Assembly: GCA_964016885.1 (NCBI GenBank)
Contig: OZ024745.1
Location: forward strand, 62,496,001 to 62,560,000
DNA length: 64,000 nucleotides
Origin: Eledone cirrhosa
Lineage: Eukaryota
Direction: 5' to 3'
Shown here: positions 41,416-55,255 of the stretch, in pieces
How positions within the stretch are numbered: position 1 is the first letter of the stretch
How the letters are laid out: every line of letters begins with the position of its first letter
Translations under genes and position numbers: made by a program
Notes under the pieces: model-generated
Databases searched by the model: none
The model's input: the letters and a program-made list of their open reading frames with translations, nothing else
Told to the model about the DNA's origin: nothing

Positions 41416-44400
41416 GGAGGTCCGGACCGAACCAGACCCCTAGCAATTTAACCGGTCCGTCCGTCCAGCGCCGGACGACGCTGTTGGACGGCATGGACCT
41501 GCCTCTCCAGGTGCCGAACTGCAGGCACACTGACTTTTCCTGGTTGATCATTGCTCCTGTCACCGCTTCGTATTCTCTTAGTGTAGTGCCGCTTCGTATT
41601 CTCTTAGTGTAGCGCCTCGATGTGTTTGGCGTTCGACACCACTACGGTGATATCGTCCGCATATGCTGACACGGATCTTCCGCATCCTAGTTCGCGCGGG
41701 ACCCCCCTCAATGTCTCCATTTTGTGCAGTAATCGTACAAGAGGGACGAGAGAGGACATCCTTGGCGGACCGAGCGCATGATGTTGAACGGTTCCGAAAG
41801 GTGACAGTTCACTCTCACCACATAGCAGATGTCGCTGTGCATGGCAGCGATCCAGCCTCTGAAGACGGGCCCAAAGCCAGCCGCCCTCAGGACTGCCGCT
41901 AGGTAACGATGGTAGACCCTATCGAATGCTTTCGACTGATCTAAATTGATCAATGACCCACCCGTGTCAGGTTCCCTAGTTACCCTCTCTACGATGTATC
42001 GCATGAGGTGGAGGTTGTCGTGGATGGATCTGTCGGGAATGGCGCACGTCTGCGCCTCTCCCACCAGACCACCAACGACAAGCGTCAACCTCTTTGCTAG
42101 CATCTTGGCCAAAATCTTGAAATCTGTGTTTAGCAGAGTTATGGGCCTGAAATTATCTATGTTATCCCCCTTATTCGGATCCTTTCTCAGCAGCGCCACA
42201 GCTTCTCGGCTCACAGAGCTGGGAATTCTCCCGTTCTGTTGCCAGTTGCAGTAGACGTCCACCAAGAGGCCTCCGAACAAGTCTGGCATCTGTACGTAAA
42301 TTTCATAGGGCAGACCATCCAAACCAGGCGATTTACCCCTTGTGCAGCCAGTCACTGCCTCCCCTACTTCAGCGCCTGTTATCGGCTTTTCGCAACACTC
42401 CGCCTCAGTGGCCGAGAGCCGCGGCAGTCCGTCGAGGTAGACACTAAAGTCCATCCCTCGATCCGGCCCGCCGCTGCCCCCGAACAGCTGTGCGAAGTGT
42501 CGCTGAAAAGCTTCACACATTTGCCCGAGATCGAGTAGCATGCGCCCGTCTTGGTGCACCAAAAACCGGATCGTGGCTTTGTTGCCACGACGCGCCTCCG
42601 CCACTCGGGCCCATTGAACGGCTTTCGTCCCCTCGTGTCTGAGAGCACGCACCCTAGCTCTGATAACGCAGCTTTCGTGCTTTGCATTGAAGAATTGGTC
42701 AAGCGCCAATTTCAGCGCAAGTACGTCGGTCGCGATGCCTTTGCTAAGCGCCTCGTCTAATTTTCTAACTAATTCTCCCACTGCTCTATTTTTCTCTATT
42801 GCTAAAGCCTTACTAAACCTAATGGACTCTGTTCTAATTGCTCTTCTCAGAGCAAACCACCACTTGTTGTTGACGATGGCCCCCGTCAACGCCCGCTTAA
42901 CTAGTTCGCTAATCTGGTGTCTGTAGGCCTTGCGCGCTGGTAAGGACGCGTTTAGCTTCCAGTAGCCGGGTCCTTGTCTATAAAGCCTATCTAAGTCAAG
43001 CACACAGATCACGAATTTGTCGTCCGTGTAGCTGACTATCTTGAATTGTGGACAGCCTATGCTAGACCTATCTATTTCCCTACAAAATACTCTATCTAGA
43101 TATGATCTGGATGACGCTATGCGATTTGTCCAAGTCCACATTGGCACATTCGGGAAATCCAATCGGTACTTCTCAGACAGTTGAAAAGGCCTGAGCAGGT
43201 GGGTGAGGCTCTTGCACCCTCCTCCCCTATCCGCTAATCCCACACAGTCCCAGCGTGCATCTAAGATCCCGTTCCAGTGGCCCACTAACACTAAAGAGCG
43301 GGACGTTCCAAGAAAGGTCTCCAGACGCCTGAAGAAATCAGGCCGCCCTGCTCCTGTCGGGGCATAGACGGCCACTAGCCTGAAAGCTTGCCCGTCACCG
43401 CTGGTCACGTCCAACACCACCAACCTACCCTCTGGGTCCAGGAAGATGGCCCGTATGGCGAGATCCAAACCTCTCCGAAATAGCACAGCAACTCATCCCC
43501 CCGATCCAGGACGGCTGGGAGATGCGTACACATCGTAGCTGCCGAAGACCGGTGGGAAGGCAGGTGTTTCGGAGATTCTGGTCTCGCTGATGGCCACTAC
43601 ATCTATGTTTAGTGACCTGAGGTCGTTGAGCAGGTGGCCCTGCTTCCATGACGACCCCAAGCCACGCGCATTTATGCTGCCTATTCTGAGTGAGGTCATG
43701 TTGAAATGGAGTGGAAATGAAGGGAAAGACGACTTACCTTACTTCTCGTAGAGGAAGGATGGTTTTTCCATCCTTTTCTCTGTTTCTGGCCTCCTCCGGA
43801 AGGATATCCTTATAGATCCTCTTGGAGAGTGCTTATCGGAAGTCTCCGATGTCTTTGGGGAATTATTGTTTTAGTGTCGTGTACGTTTTTTGTGTGATGC
43901 GAGTGATTTGTATGTGTGGAGGTGGCGTGAACTTTTGGGTTATTGTGTAGTCTTTTTCTGTGATGCTGGTGTTGTGTTGGATGTAGTGTAATAATTGTTT
44001 GGTGTTCAAATTTATTGCTGTGTAGTGTGTATCGTTTTGGTTGTTTTGTTTTGTTTGGGTTTGTTGTGGGTTTGTTTCTGTTACGCTTTTTGGTGACTTT
44101 TGTGGTGTTGGTGATGGTGGTGTTGGTGTTAATGATGGTGATGGTGTTTGTGGTGATGGGGTTGGTGATGCTGGTGTGGATGGTGGCATAGCTGTCCTAA
44201 CTTTTTTTGTTTGATAGTTTATTTGTTTCCCTCTGTATTTTGTTTTTGGAGGGGGAAGGAAGGGGACTTTTTCTTTTTTGGTTTCTTTTTCTTTTTTCTT
44301 TTTTCCTGATACCGTTTCCCACTCCTCGTCGTCACAATCTGTCTCCAGTTACTATCGGTCGGGGAGTGGGTAATCCTCCACAGGCGTTGGTTTTGGTTGT

Positions 44401-45690
44401 GGCGTGGTGGATGGTGTAGGCGCTGGTGCTAGTTATGGTGCGTTGGGTGGTGGTGGTGTTGGTTTTGCTACTGTTGCTGGGGTTGTTGCTGTTACAGTTG
44501 CTTCTGTCGTTGCTGCTACAGTTATTGCTGCCATTTTTTGCTGCTGGTGGTGTGGGTTCCTTCACCACACATGACACACCTAGGCCTTCTGCCCTCAACG
44601 ATTACGGTGAGTGGCTGCTATCAGTGAGATCTATTACCTCTGGGATCTCCTCAATGTTTTGGGGTCCGCTTGGATCAGGAGCTCCATCCCTGACCCGGAC
44701 CAGTTCTCCTGCTTTTCTTTCGCTATTTCGATTATATTGTTGTTGGATTCGATGCCGGCGAGGACGGCAGCCATTAGCCAGGGAATTTCGATGGCCGGTG
44801 GAACGTGGGTCACCCTGATCTTCACGAGTCTCTGGCTACAATAGCTTGGGACGAGTGTGAAGTCGTCACTTCTTAATGGGGCCATGGAGTGTTCTCTGGC
44901 TTCCTGTGGTGTTTCAAAGAACACGTCCATGGTTCCATATTTCTGCCCACGTCTGAGATGGTTCTTTTTTGCCCACACATGTCCCAAAGCCTTTTGGATT
45001 TGGGAATCGGATGCCCGATAAGGCACGGTGCATAGGCGCTGATGCTCCATCTTATTAGGTGTCGGTGGTGGTGGTGGTGGTGGTGGTGGCGGTATGGGGG
45101 GGGGCTACCCTGTACCCATCTTTCTTTACCATTCTTTTGCCTTCTTTTAATTTCTCCTGAGTTACCTGGATTGCTTCGAACTTTTTTGCTATTCTAGCAA
45201 AAGAGAGGGTGGTTTTCTTATTGTCATTGTTATTGTTGCTGTTGTTGTTATCGTTATTTTTGTTATTGTTAATTTTAGTTTCAGTTGTGGTGGTGGTGGC
45301 GTCAGTGGTGTTCGGTGTGGAAGAGTTCATTTTGGGGGAATCCATTTCGATGTCACGAGATAATTTATTTATTTATTTTGTTTCTGTTGTCGCTGTGGTG
45401 GTGGTGGAGGTGGCAACTTCAACACCTGAAGTCATTGGCGTTGTATCATGCCTAGTGTATAGTCCTTATTTGTAGGTATAGGTATGTTTTTCAGTGACAT
45501 TCCTATGCAGTGCTTTTCCGTGTTGTTGCCGTGCGTTAATGATGTTGCTCAACCAGGTGGCAGCTATGTATACGGGATAACAAATTATAGTTATAAGTAG
45601 TCCACTTAGATGTAGTCCAGTTAGGGTACTCCGAGTAGTGTATAGTATTAACGCTTGGCTAAGTTTGACTCAACAAGACGTTTCCATAGT
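41416..45690 (-). mobile_element. L1/Tx1-clade LINE, 3' portion missing
   Basis: Broken low-complexity ORF1 region (45.4-43.8 kb), then ORF2 with APE and RT running to KLLGVWFGPD at ~41420; 5' boundary approximate. Confidence 0.85.
41420..43699 (-). pseudogene. LINE ORF2: apurinic-like endonuclease + reverse transcriptase (frameshifted; 592-aa open segment 41708-43486)
   Basis: SINARGL, AISETR, VYAP, SYLDRVF, GPGYWKLN, KSPGLDGLP, NFRPITLLNTDFKILAK, LDQSKAFDRV, VRQGCPLS, AYADD. Confidence 0.93.
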
Positions 45691-45743
45691 GATGCTGCGA
45701 GTACGCGGTGATTTCTATGTAGTTTACACTTGGAGTAATAATA

Positions 45744-46701
45744 AATCAAGAAAGAAGAGTGACATGGTTTGCTATACAATAAGGGCTTCATTCACATTGC
45801 TGACAATTGTTTCTCTGAACTGGTAGAGATTTCTACCCGCCTGTTTTTGCGTCAATCGATCACCATTACTTTGTTATAGCCAGTCAGTTCATCAGAGCGT
45901 GCGAGAATAAAGGGAATACACAGGCATGGCTTCTATATTTACTAGTGGCATTAAATCAGAACAATAATAACAATACTTGCTTCTTAACCTCTGTATTAAC
46001 TTACTTACTATATTGCTGTTATTATTATTATGATTATTATTATTATTGTTGTCTTATCCATGCATGATCTGTTACTGATGCTGTGAAAGCTAAACAACCC
46101 CATGATTCGAACTAACAATCCCTTCATCTAATATAGACCACTTAAATAAGGAATACGCGTTACACCACATAAAAATTGTCATCCTCACTACAATGAAAAT
46201 ATTTTATCTGTCAGATAATAAATAATTCTTACGGTCAGCAAACCTACAGTAAAGTAAATGGTCCATTGTTTCAAGCCCCAGGTTATCTCTACATTATATT
46301 TAATACACCCCATGACAGCTTTTACATGTCAATTTCATACATCTGCTTCGTATCACCCCGTTTTACATGCTAAAGTCATCAGTATACTCTATGTTTTACT
46401 TAGATTGATGTTGTGATTATTTTAAATATTTACGGTCTAGCTAATTTATTGTAGTATTGCTAGTATTGTTATTATTGTTCTGATTTAATGCCACTACTAT
46501 ATATAGAAGCCATGCCTGTGTATTCCCATCATTCCACACACGCTCTGATGAACTGACTGGTTATAACAAAGTATTGGTGATCGATTGACGCAAAAACAGG
46601 CGTGTAGCGATTTCTAGACCTACCAGTTCAGAGAAACAATTGTCAGCAATGTGAATAAAGCCCTTATTGTATAGCAAACCATGTCACTCTTTTGTCTTGA
46701 T
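45744..46701. mobile_element. Fold-back PLE-like unit with ~240-bp inverted arms
   Basis: 45744-45980 is the reverse complement of 46459-46701; each arm has CTGATGA (46546 on +, ~45890 on -); ends in (AT)n. Confidence 0.8.
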
Positions 46702-48718
46702 ATATATATATGTATATATATATATATATGCATATAATGTCTACGAAATTATCTGTCTAGCAATATAAGTGCAGTAAATAATCTTTCACTGTAAAACAAG
46801 TGACAAACATCTATTGTGTGTTCAAATCTGACCTCCTTATCTTCCATTTCATACAAAATTGATTACAAACTACCTATATTTAGTAATCACATAATCCTGA
46901 TTATCTAGTGTGAAAAGCAGTACTTTTTATCGTAAATATATATTTTTGATTCAAAGTGTATGTATTACATACAAAATACAATTACTGGTATTCAAATTCA
47001 ATAGAAATCTGCATCGGTAAATAATAGTATGCACAGAAAATATGTTGATATGTATTTATATCATCTACTTAGATTTTAAACCCTATAATCTAAACGTTAA
47101 TGGAGTGGAACAGATAATAAGCTGATACCATCGAAGTCATATCTCAGAAGCAGACTCATTTTTGTTGAGATATATCCATACATGTTAATTAACCTACGCT
47201 CGTTAACGTTGCAACTAGAAATAGCTAAAAATTACTTTCAAATATTCATGAGGTATTTTCATAATATTAAAAAAATAATGTACTGCGAGATTAATTTTGT
47301 TAAAACTTTAGATGGTAGGTTTTGATCATAGGGATGATTTGGAAGAAAATAAACAAAACCACAAACTTATAAAACGAGTAGTATATTATACCGACTAAAA
47401 ATATGTCTGCTATGAGTAAAATAAATTCACTATTAACGCAGCACTTTGAACCTAGATTTGAGATCACCATTTGATAAGACCACACGAAAGATAAACCAGG
47501 AATGTAAATGTGAAACCTCACTTTGTTCTTTTTATATATATTGGAAATTAATGAAGACCATATGAATGTTGGCCATAAATTAATTCAAGTATTATATATA
47601 TTTCTCTGTAATACACGATTCGACGATTAGGTGGTATAATTTCCACGTAACCTTCGGCCGTATTTCATCAGATACCATTCAGAGATACAGACATGGAACT
47701 TCTAAAGTCTATCGATATGAGAGGCCGGTATATAGCATATTGCCATTAAGCTGGGACCCCTTTATGATTCATACCATTCCTACCTACTAGTACGGAAGTA
47801 GCAGCCAGTCGCCCACCTCAAGCAGCTTCCGCCAGGTTTCATTTGCTTAGCAAGTTATAAGCATGAGGACAAGATGTGTGTATATTTACTTCCCCCCACT
47901 CCTTCCTATCAATAAGTGGTAACGGTGGAACTATATTTTATGCATAACAAGTTATATAAACATATTAAATGCCGTTTTCTACAATTATTAATTGAGAATA
48001 TTTGGTCAAGTAACTTTGGTGACGAATAGAATGATGAACATAGGTGATATCGAATAACCGAAACACTCATCACTCAAATGCTGTGCGTGTGCGTTTATCA
48101 CTACATTGCTATTCATTATTCGTCTTTGTAGAAGACATCATGATATACATTCATCTGTATCTATCTAGTTATACACACATGCACACACATACACCTATAT
48201 ACATATAAATATATATATATATAGAAGGGAATCAGAGATATAATCAGAGGCGTGGGCTAAGGAAATTAATGTTTAGAATAAATGGAGAAGCGGTCAGGAA
48301 AATCTTATTGCCCTTTCAAAGCCTTTGTTGTAGGTTCTAGAATTAGTAATTTTTTTTTAGTGTGTATTTTCAGGATTTAGTTGGGCGCGCGGGTGTGAGT
48401 GCGTTTATGTGTTTTTGTGTATTTCTCATTGTCTATATGTGTCGGAGTGTTGAAGAATTGCAGAGAGAAACTGAATGTATGTTTTTACTGTGTCATCTCG
48501 AAATATGTGTGCGTGTGAAGTAGTCACCATCTATGTGTTTCAGTGCGTTTGAGAGGTCAGAGATTTTAGGTCACACACATGCAAGGATGCCATACACATA
48601 CAGACTAGCTATTTCAAGCGTCGTTAAACTAATATATTTATTCAATCTATACACACACAGACACACTCACCACAAACACACACACGCATACACACACACA
48701 CCCATCTACATACACACA

Positions 48719-48754
<36 letters not shown>

Positions 48755-48756
48755 GA

Positions 48757-48960
48757 TACAGGGTTACGAGGCAAATTTAGGACTTTTGTTTCACGTCATC
48801 TTCGAGGCCCTCTATAAAATTTACATCAAGGAATGTTGGTCCTTAATAGAGCCATAAGCAACATGATTTGTGTCTAATTGAAGCAATCTCGTAAATTAGC
48901 TAAGTTACGGTAATATAACAAGATGCGTAAAAACGAAACACTTGTGATCTCTCAACATTT
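48757..48960. mobile_element. Possible Tc1/mariner-type terminal fragment
   Basis: Starts TA-CAGGGT directly after (AT)n; no matching second TIR found. Confidence 0.25.
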
Positions 48961-51900
48961 ATAAAATTGTTCTTTAATCGACTTCTATGTAATGTTACGA
49001 GAAATATATCCCATACAATCTTTTCCAACAAGTGGAATATTTATAACATACAATTTTGCTTCACATTAGCTCTGAACAATATAATACTATTAGTTATGAA
49101 TGCAGCTAGATTTCAGTCGATGTAAGTATGATCAGAGCATAATATAAATATCAATCTTCAATTCCCTAACATTTATACAGTTTCATTAGCTTGCATTGCA
49201 TAAAATTGATGAGCTGAAGTAACATAATCAAACCAACAAATGTGTAATGATTTCTGAATCGCATTTTGAAACGTTAGTTAGTAGAAGTTATTTTAGAGAA
49301 GCATTTCTAATAAATAATCTAGTAATTACGAAAACTCATGCAATAGTTATAAATCATATATCAAGTTACTACTCGCCAGTCTTTCACCATCTACAGTTTA
49401 AACATCCCTGACGTTTCATATGAGCACAAACACACAACATTCTCCGTACACACATCACGCAAACAGACATACTACGCAATCACACAATCAGAGTGACCCA
49501 TACAGATACAGATACGCATGCATATAACAATATGTAGGTGACATGAATCAATGCTATTCTGAGCAGAGGAAATATACATATACACGTACACACATATGGA
49601 AACGAATCGGAATCAATTAAATTTATGATTCTGAGAACGATGAGAATTATATATCAATAGTTATTGATCTCTTGAGACACATACGATTGGCCATTTATGA
49701 TTCCATTTACATGTATTCACTTGATCATGCTAGATGTACTCGCTGCAGTAATATTTGAACTCGTACGGTTGTGCCGTGGTTTGAATATATAACGAAATTA
49801 TGCAGCGGGGGCAGCCATAAACTTGGCGACGTTCTGGTTAGGCAACATATTAGATATTATGAGAGAGTAAATTGATTTCTCTTAGTAATATCTTTGGATA
49901 AAGGATTAGGTTCAGTATCCGAAGGTTTTCGTGCATTAATTTTGATTATTCATGCTGTGTTAAAATTCTGGTTTTAACACAGCACTGATGTCATAAAATA
50001 GAATACTATAATAATCTTCTGCATATTTATAGATCCAAGCAATACATGTCCAATTTTAGATACTCAATATGACACGCATTTCCTAAAGAGTGAGCCATGC
50101 GAGGTTGAGTGGCTGTAGCAGCGCATCTCCCTCACAATGTCTTCCCCCTCTTGAACACCGAGACCACGCGTCGGATTGGCCCTTGTCTGTCATTTATAGA
50201 TTTGAAGACAGTTACGCCAACGTTGTTTTTCACTGAATGTTGGCTAGAAAATTAGAAGCAATATAAAATTTATCTTAGAAAATAAACACAAATTTTCACA
50301 GACATACACCTGGAGACACATTTAGATATATGACATTCATTTAAGAAAGTACATAGTAACATTACTAATGCACTTAAAACGTTTACTATACAAATTGATG
50401 ACGTAAAAGCAGACAGTTCTATGTTGTCTATAAATTCTTTAATTTGTCGTTAATCTAATTCAGAAGAAAATAGGAAAAATAGGGGGTATTATACCATTAG
50501 TTTCTTCACATCACGAAACCCGGATAAGTAACAGCTTAACGAGTCTTTTGGCTTGAGAAATAATTAGCTTAGCTTTAGATATAACATTTGTAGTGTCGGT
50601 GTTCACATAAGGGTTTGTTGCATTTAACTATAGTGTTAAGCATGGCATATGTTAACAATCTACCACATACTACAAACGAAATCTGACACCTAACCAGAAA
50701 GACACACATTGACGTGGGAAGTACTTTGATGTTCTGTATGTATAATTGAATATATAATTCCAGTCCGGACACATGTGTACGGCTTGAATGGCAACGAACA
50801 GAAACACTACATTTCCAACAATGTAGCAATCAATCATGAATTACTTATATTAAATATATCAAACCATGAATAATAAAAATGACTAAAACAACACTGACAC
50901 TAATAAAAAAAATAATATTTCTTTATTGGACACTAGGGCCGAAACAAAGTATAATATAAAAAAACTGTGACAGCGGGGATTTACAAATAATCGAAAAAAC
51001 CATGTAAATAAAAAAAAACAAGGTAAGAAAATAAAAATACCATGGACCCCAGTAGAGGGGAGTACCAGCCAGGGTTGATTTAGGAACCCCAAATATCAAA
51101 TGTTGCTTTCCCATTTGAAATTCCCAGCATATAAGCATGTCCACAGATTAGGCCCATCACTTGGGTTATCCTCGTTATATTCAGACAACGTTTATCAAAT
51201 ATACCGGTTGGCAGCACTCCACACTCAAATCATTTTACAATTGGAACTTGAAAAACGTGATGAAGGCTTGTTCGAAGAGAAAAGTATTGTCATCAGTTCT
51301 CTCGGCCGCGTCCAATAGACAGAGGAAAACTGTCTGTTCTTCCAGGTGAGAAGACAGCACCAAGGAAATGTTGGAGTCAGCCGATAGCCGGATACATCTA
51401 ACAGGTAACGATTGTTCGAAAAATTCCGCGTCAGCAATGCTCGGGAACTGGATGAGTCCGTGCAGAACGGTTACGTCGTTCTGCGTGCATTTCTGACAAA
51501 TCTCTCTGATAGCACTTCGTCCCTCAAGATTTTATCTCGAACAGGCAGTGCCCCAAGTGATTTCTAAAAATTAACTATTGGCCACGGACCAAACAACAAA
51601 CTTCGGATCAGACTGGCTAGTTCGTTCTCGTCGATGTCTAGCGTCTCGCCCAGAAGGCCGTCGCACTTACCCATCACTATTTATCTATAGAATACTAACA
51701 GGGAGGTGCCATATCGCTGTGATAAAGATAATCAACAATGTAGTCCTTTTTTACTTAAATCTAATCTTAAATCTATTAGATTTTATCTCATATTTATGGA
51801 AGTTGTAAATACGCACTCTTATACGATTCAATATCATTCCGTAGTAGATAGGATTTTAAACAGATAATTTTCACGAATGATTTAATTTTTACTGTGTAAA

Positions 51901-52054
51901 GTGCATGGCGTTAACAATCTGGTGTGTTTATTTTGTGGTTTACCAATGTATGCAGTGAGTTTCTCTGACCTAAATGTCGGGAAGACATTGCCAAGAAATA
52001 GAAATAATACCGAAGAAAAAAAAGCAAACAAAACACAAACAATAACTATAATTA

Positions 52055-52205
52055 CAATGAAAGGTAAAAGTCCAGCACTTTGAGGGGTGGGGGAGATCGA
52101 TTAAATTGACCCATGTACCTGATGGTACATCATCTTATAGACCCCAGGATTATGTAAGTCAAAGTTAACCTCGACAGGATTTGATCTCAGAACGTCTAGA
52201 AGCGG
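52055..52205 (-). mobile_element. Old Meta-like SINE
   Basis: Diverged reverse complement of the SINE core (aagtcaaagttaacctcgacaggatttga.ctcag). Confidence 0.65.
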
Positions 52206-52728
52206 ATATACATAAATGTGTCCAGCTTTCTATTAATTGTGTCGATCCAAGCTATGAAATGAAGAGGAACCAGACTATTGTAAACGGTGAATAGAAGAAA
52301 GATCATGATTTTATACCTCACTGTGAAAAAAAGCACTTATACATTCGCCCTCTGAAATATACACTTACAACAAAATTTGACAAAATAAAATAAAATCGAA
52401 CTTTAATTTTTTTGACATTGTTTGACATGAGGTAGAACTACGATTTACGCAGCTACAATAAATTATATAATCAATACTAATATACAATAGTGGACCATAT
52501 TTTATCGACACCTAGCATATCAAAGGGCATTATTGTTGTTTGTGCTTTAGCATAATATATTAATAAACATTCGCATCTGTCTTTCGATATAGCTATTATT
52601 CCCCGTTTCTTTGTCTAGTCTCTTTCCATCTCTCTCTTTCTACATACATCGATCGCAGATGTGTACGATTATATATATGTGTGTGTGTGTGTGTGTTTTG
52701 TGTTTGTGTGTGTCTATAAATAAATGTG

Positions 52729-52793
<65 letters not shown>

Positions 52794-53437
52794 CAAAGAG
52801 AAAGAAAGATTGCGAGTATGGGAGAGAGAGAGATTATGAGAAAGTAGATAAGCGAGGAAATGTACACAGACAGGTGGGCGACATAATGCCACCTATTTAT
52901 TGACTATCAATATTTATTATGTCGAATGTAAATAACCTCCTCCAATATTTCTCAACATATGTTGCTGCATGGCCTATTTTTTTTTTATTCAATGGCAATT
53001 TTGTAGTAACTCGATATTAGCCTCATTCCTTTAAAGAGTATTTTTTGTTTCATCTTTAATTGAGATAAATATTCATTTATCATTTACATTCTTCTTAGTT
53101 AAGTTTATATTTTACACAGAAGAAATATATATATTTAGTGAAAGCACTTTTTTGTACTGTCATCATTTGATGAAATATACGTATCGTTTGTGCAAGTTCA
53201 TAACGTTTTATAGTGGTAACATCTAATATGTCTAATCGTTCCGAGATAACTCAATGAAACATTAAACAAGGAAGAATAAAATTACTTTCCAATAAACTAT
53301 AATCAAACTAGTTAGAATAAAACTAATAGTTACAATTAACACTTCATTTACACAAATAAACTCCCGATTATAACAATATTAAAATAAATTAAATCCGATC
53401 ATCTCTTATTTTACTGGGGTTGATTCAATTTCTCCTA

Positions 53438-53479
<42 letters not shown>

Positions 53480-53574
53480 CTCTCCCACTCTCTCCACCCC
53501 TCTCTCTCACTCTCACTCTAAAAGTGTCCGTTAAAATGTGCCTCTTCTAATATACAGTTGTGGCCATAACGGGA

Positions 53575-53616
53575 AACCGAAACCAATGGTCGCTCATACA
53601 TTATTATACTATATAT

Positions 53617-53660
<44 letters not shown>

Positions 53661-53702
53661 ATATATAGTATAATAATGTATGAGCGACCATTGGTTTCGG
53701 TT

Positions 53703-53703
<1 letters not shown>
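53575..53703. repeat. Inverted repeat (36-bp arms) enclosing an (AT)n tract
   Basis: aaaccgaaaccaatggtcgctcatacattattatact vs agtataataatgtatgagcgaccattggtttcggttt. Confidence 0.92.
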
Positions 53704-53735
<32 letters not shown>

Positions 53736-53814
53736 ATATATATATATGTTTATATATATATATAATAATGTGTGTGTGCGTGTATGTGCGTGTGAGTATG
53801 TGTGCGTGTGATAA

Positions 53815-54020
53815 TGGTTTCTTATATAGGCACAAGGCCAGCAATTTCGGGGAGGGGAAAGTCAATTAAATCGACTCCAGTGTGTGGCTGGTACTTTATT
53901 TCATCGACCGCATAAGGATGATAGGTAAAGTTAACCTCGGCTGGATTTGAAGTCAGATCATATAGGGTAACTCTATGCATGGCGTCCGACCCTATACTAA
54001 TACTGCCAATCCACTGCCAT
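53815..54020 (-). mobile_element. Meta-like SINE
   Basis: Reverse complement of the 6160-6420 type copy. Confidence 0.85.
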
Positions 54021-54079
54021 TGTATGTGTGTTATAATGAAAAGGGTTTTGATTGATATGCAGTGATTTCGATTATCGTT

Positions 54080-54420
54080 GTTCACAATTTTCTCAACAAA
54101 TTCATTTGGAGCGTACACATGGAGTATTTGTAATAAAACTTCCTCTTGGATGACACACATACTCAACATACCATGAACACCATTTCAACTACCGCTTCTT
54201 ATCTTCAGACCAACAACATAATACAAGTCCCAACAACAGCTGAATGATTAAATATCCCAGTTTAGATCCACAATGATGTACTTCCTTCATATCTTGTGCG
54301 ACACCGTGATCAGAATTAAAGAAAACAGAAAACACACATAAAGCTAAATTGTTTACTTTTCTTCTCTAACGCTACGTAGCGCCAGTCAGATAGATCTGCA
54401 TTCTGTTTTAACTGCTTCTA
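54080..54420 (-). pseudogene. Very decayed LINE endonuclease fragment
   Basis: LQILHVYAPN motif only. Confidence 0.3.
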
Positions 54421-54972
54421 CATTTACTACAATATTCTCTACTCTTCCTAGCTTGCTGAACTCGTGACACACGTCTAAGTCATTCTCAGGCCAATCCTCT
54501 CATTTCCTCTTCTGAGTAATGTTTGCACATCCCCCCATACACCGAGGAAACAAGCATGTCCAGTACTCCTGCCCAGAGCGTCAACCAACACCCTGCTAAT
54601 GTCGTTACAAAAGGCAAAAACGAATGGGCCGGTATCAATTGAAACACATCAACAGTATCGATTACTGCATTCGTAAAGGGGTAGTAAAAAGAATTAACAC
54701 AACATATTCTCTAGAATTACAAATAAAATGAAGAGGCACACTAAGAAAACATTATATTTAAAATATAAGCAAGTACAAGGGTATTCGTTTTGTTTGATAC
54801 AATGCAGAAACACGTTTCTAGGACTCAGTTTCAGTGTATATTTTTCCCGTCTATTGTCATTTTTTGCAGCAAGCTCCCAAATATCCTTGAATTTCTTTAC
54901 TCATTATCTGATGCGTGCATCATATTATACGTGTTTCATGGTTGTATAAATATATTTCATTTTTCTCTTTTC

Positions 54973-55016
<44 letters not shown>

Positions 55017-55031
55017 CAGACATGCACACAC

Positions 55032-55078
<47 letters not shown>

Positions 55079-55137
55079 ATATATATATTATATATATTAT
55101 ATATATATATATATTATATATATTATATATATATATA

Positions 55138-55255
55138 ATCTGAGTTCAAATCCCGCCGAGGTTGACTTTGACTTTCATCATTACGGGGTCGATAAAATAA
55201 AGTACCAGTAATGCACTGGGTAATTGCTGGCCTTGTGCCTAAAGTAGAAACAATT
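55138..55255 (+). mobile_element. 5'-truncated Meta-like SINE
   Basis: Near-identical to 3368-3481. Confidence 0.88.

Noticed and set aside
41563-41612. Repeated ccgcttcgtattctcttagtgtag resembling a CRISPR repeat
   Set aside because: Only two adjacent copies with no spacer; a small tandem duplication inside the LINE RT.
51100-51800. GC-richer island that might be a decayed mariner-like element
   Set aside because: No transposase motif or terminal repeat could be read with confidence.
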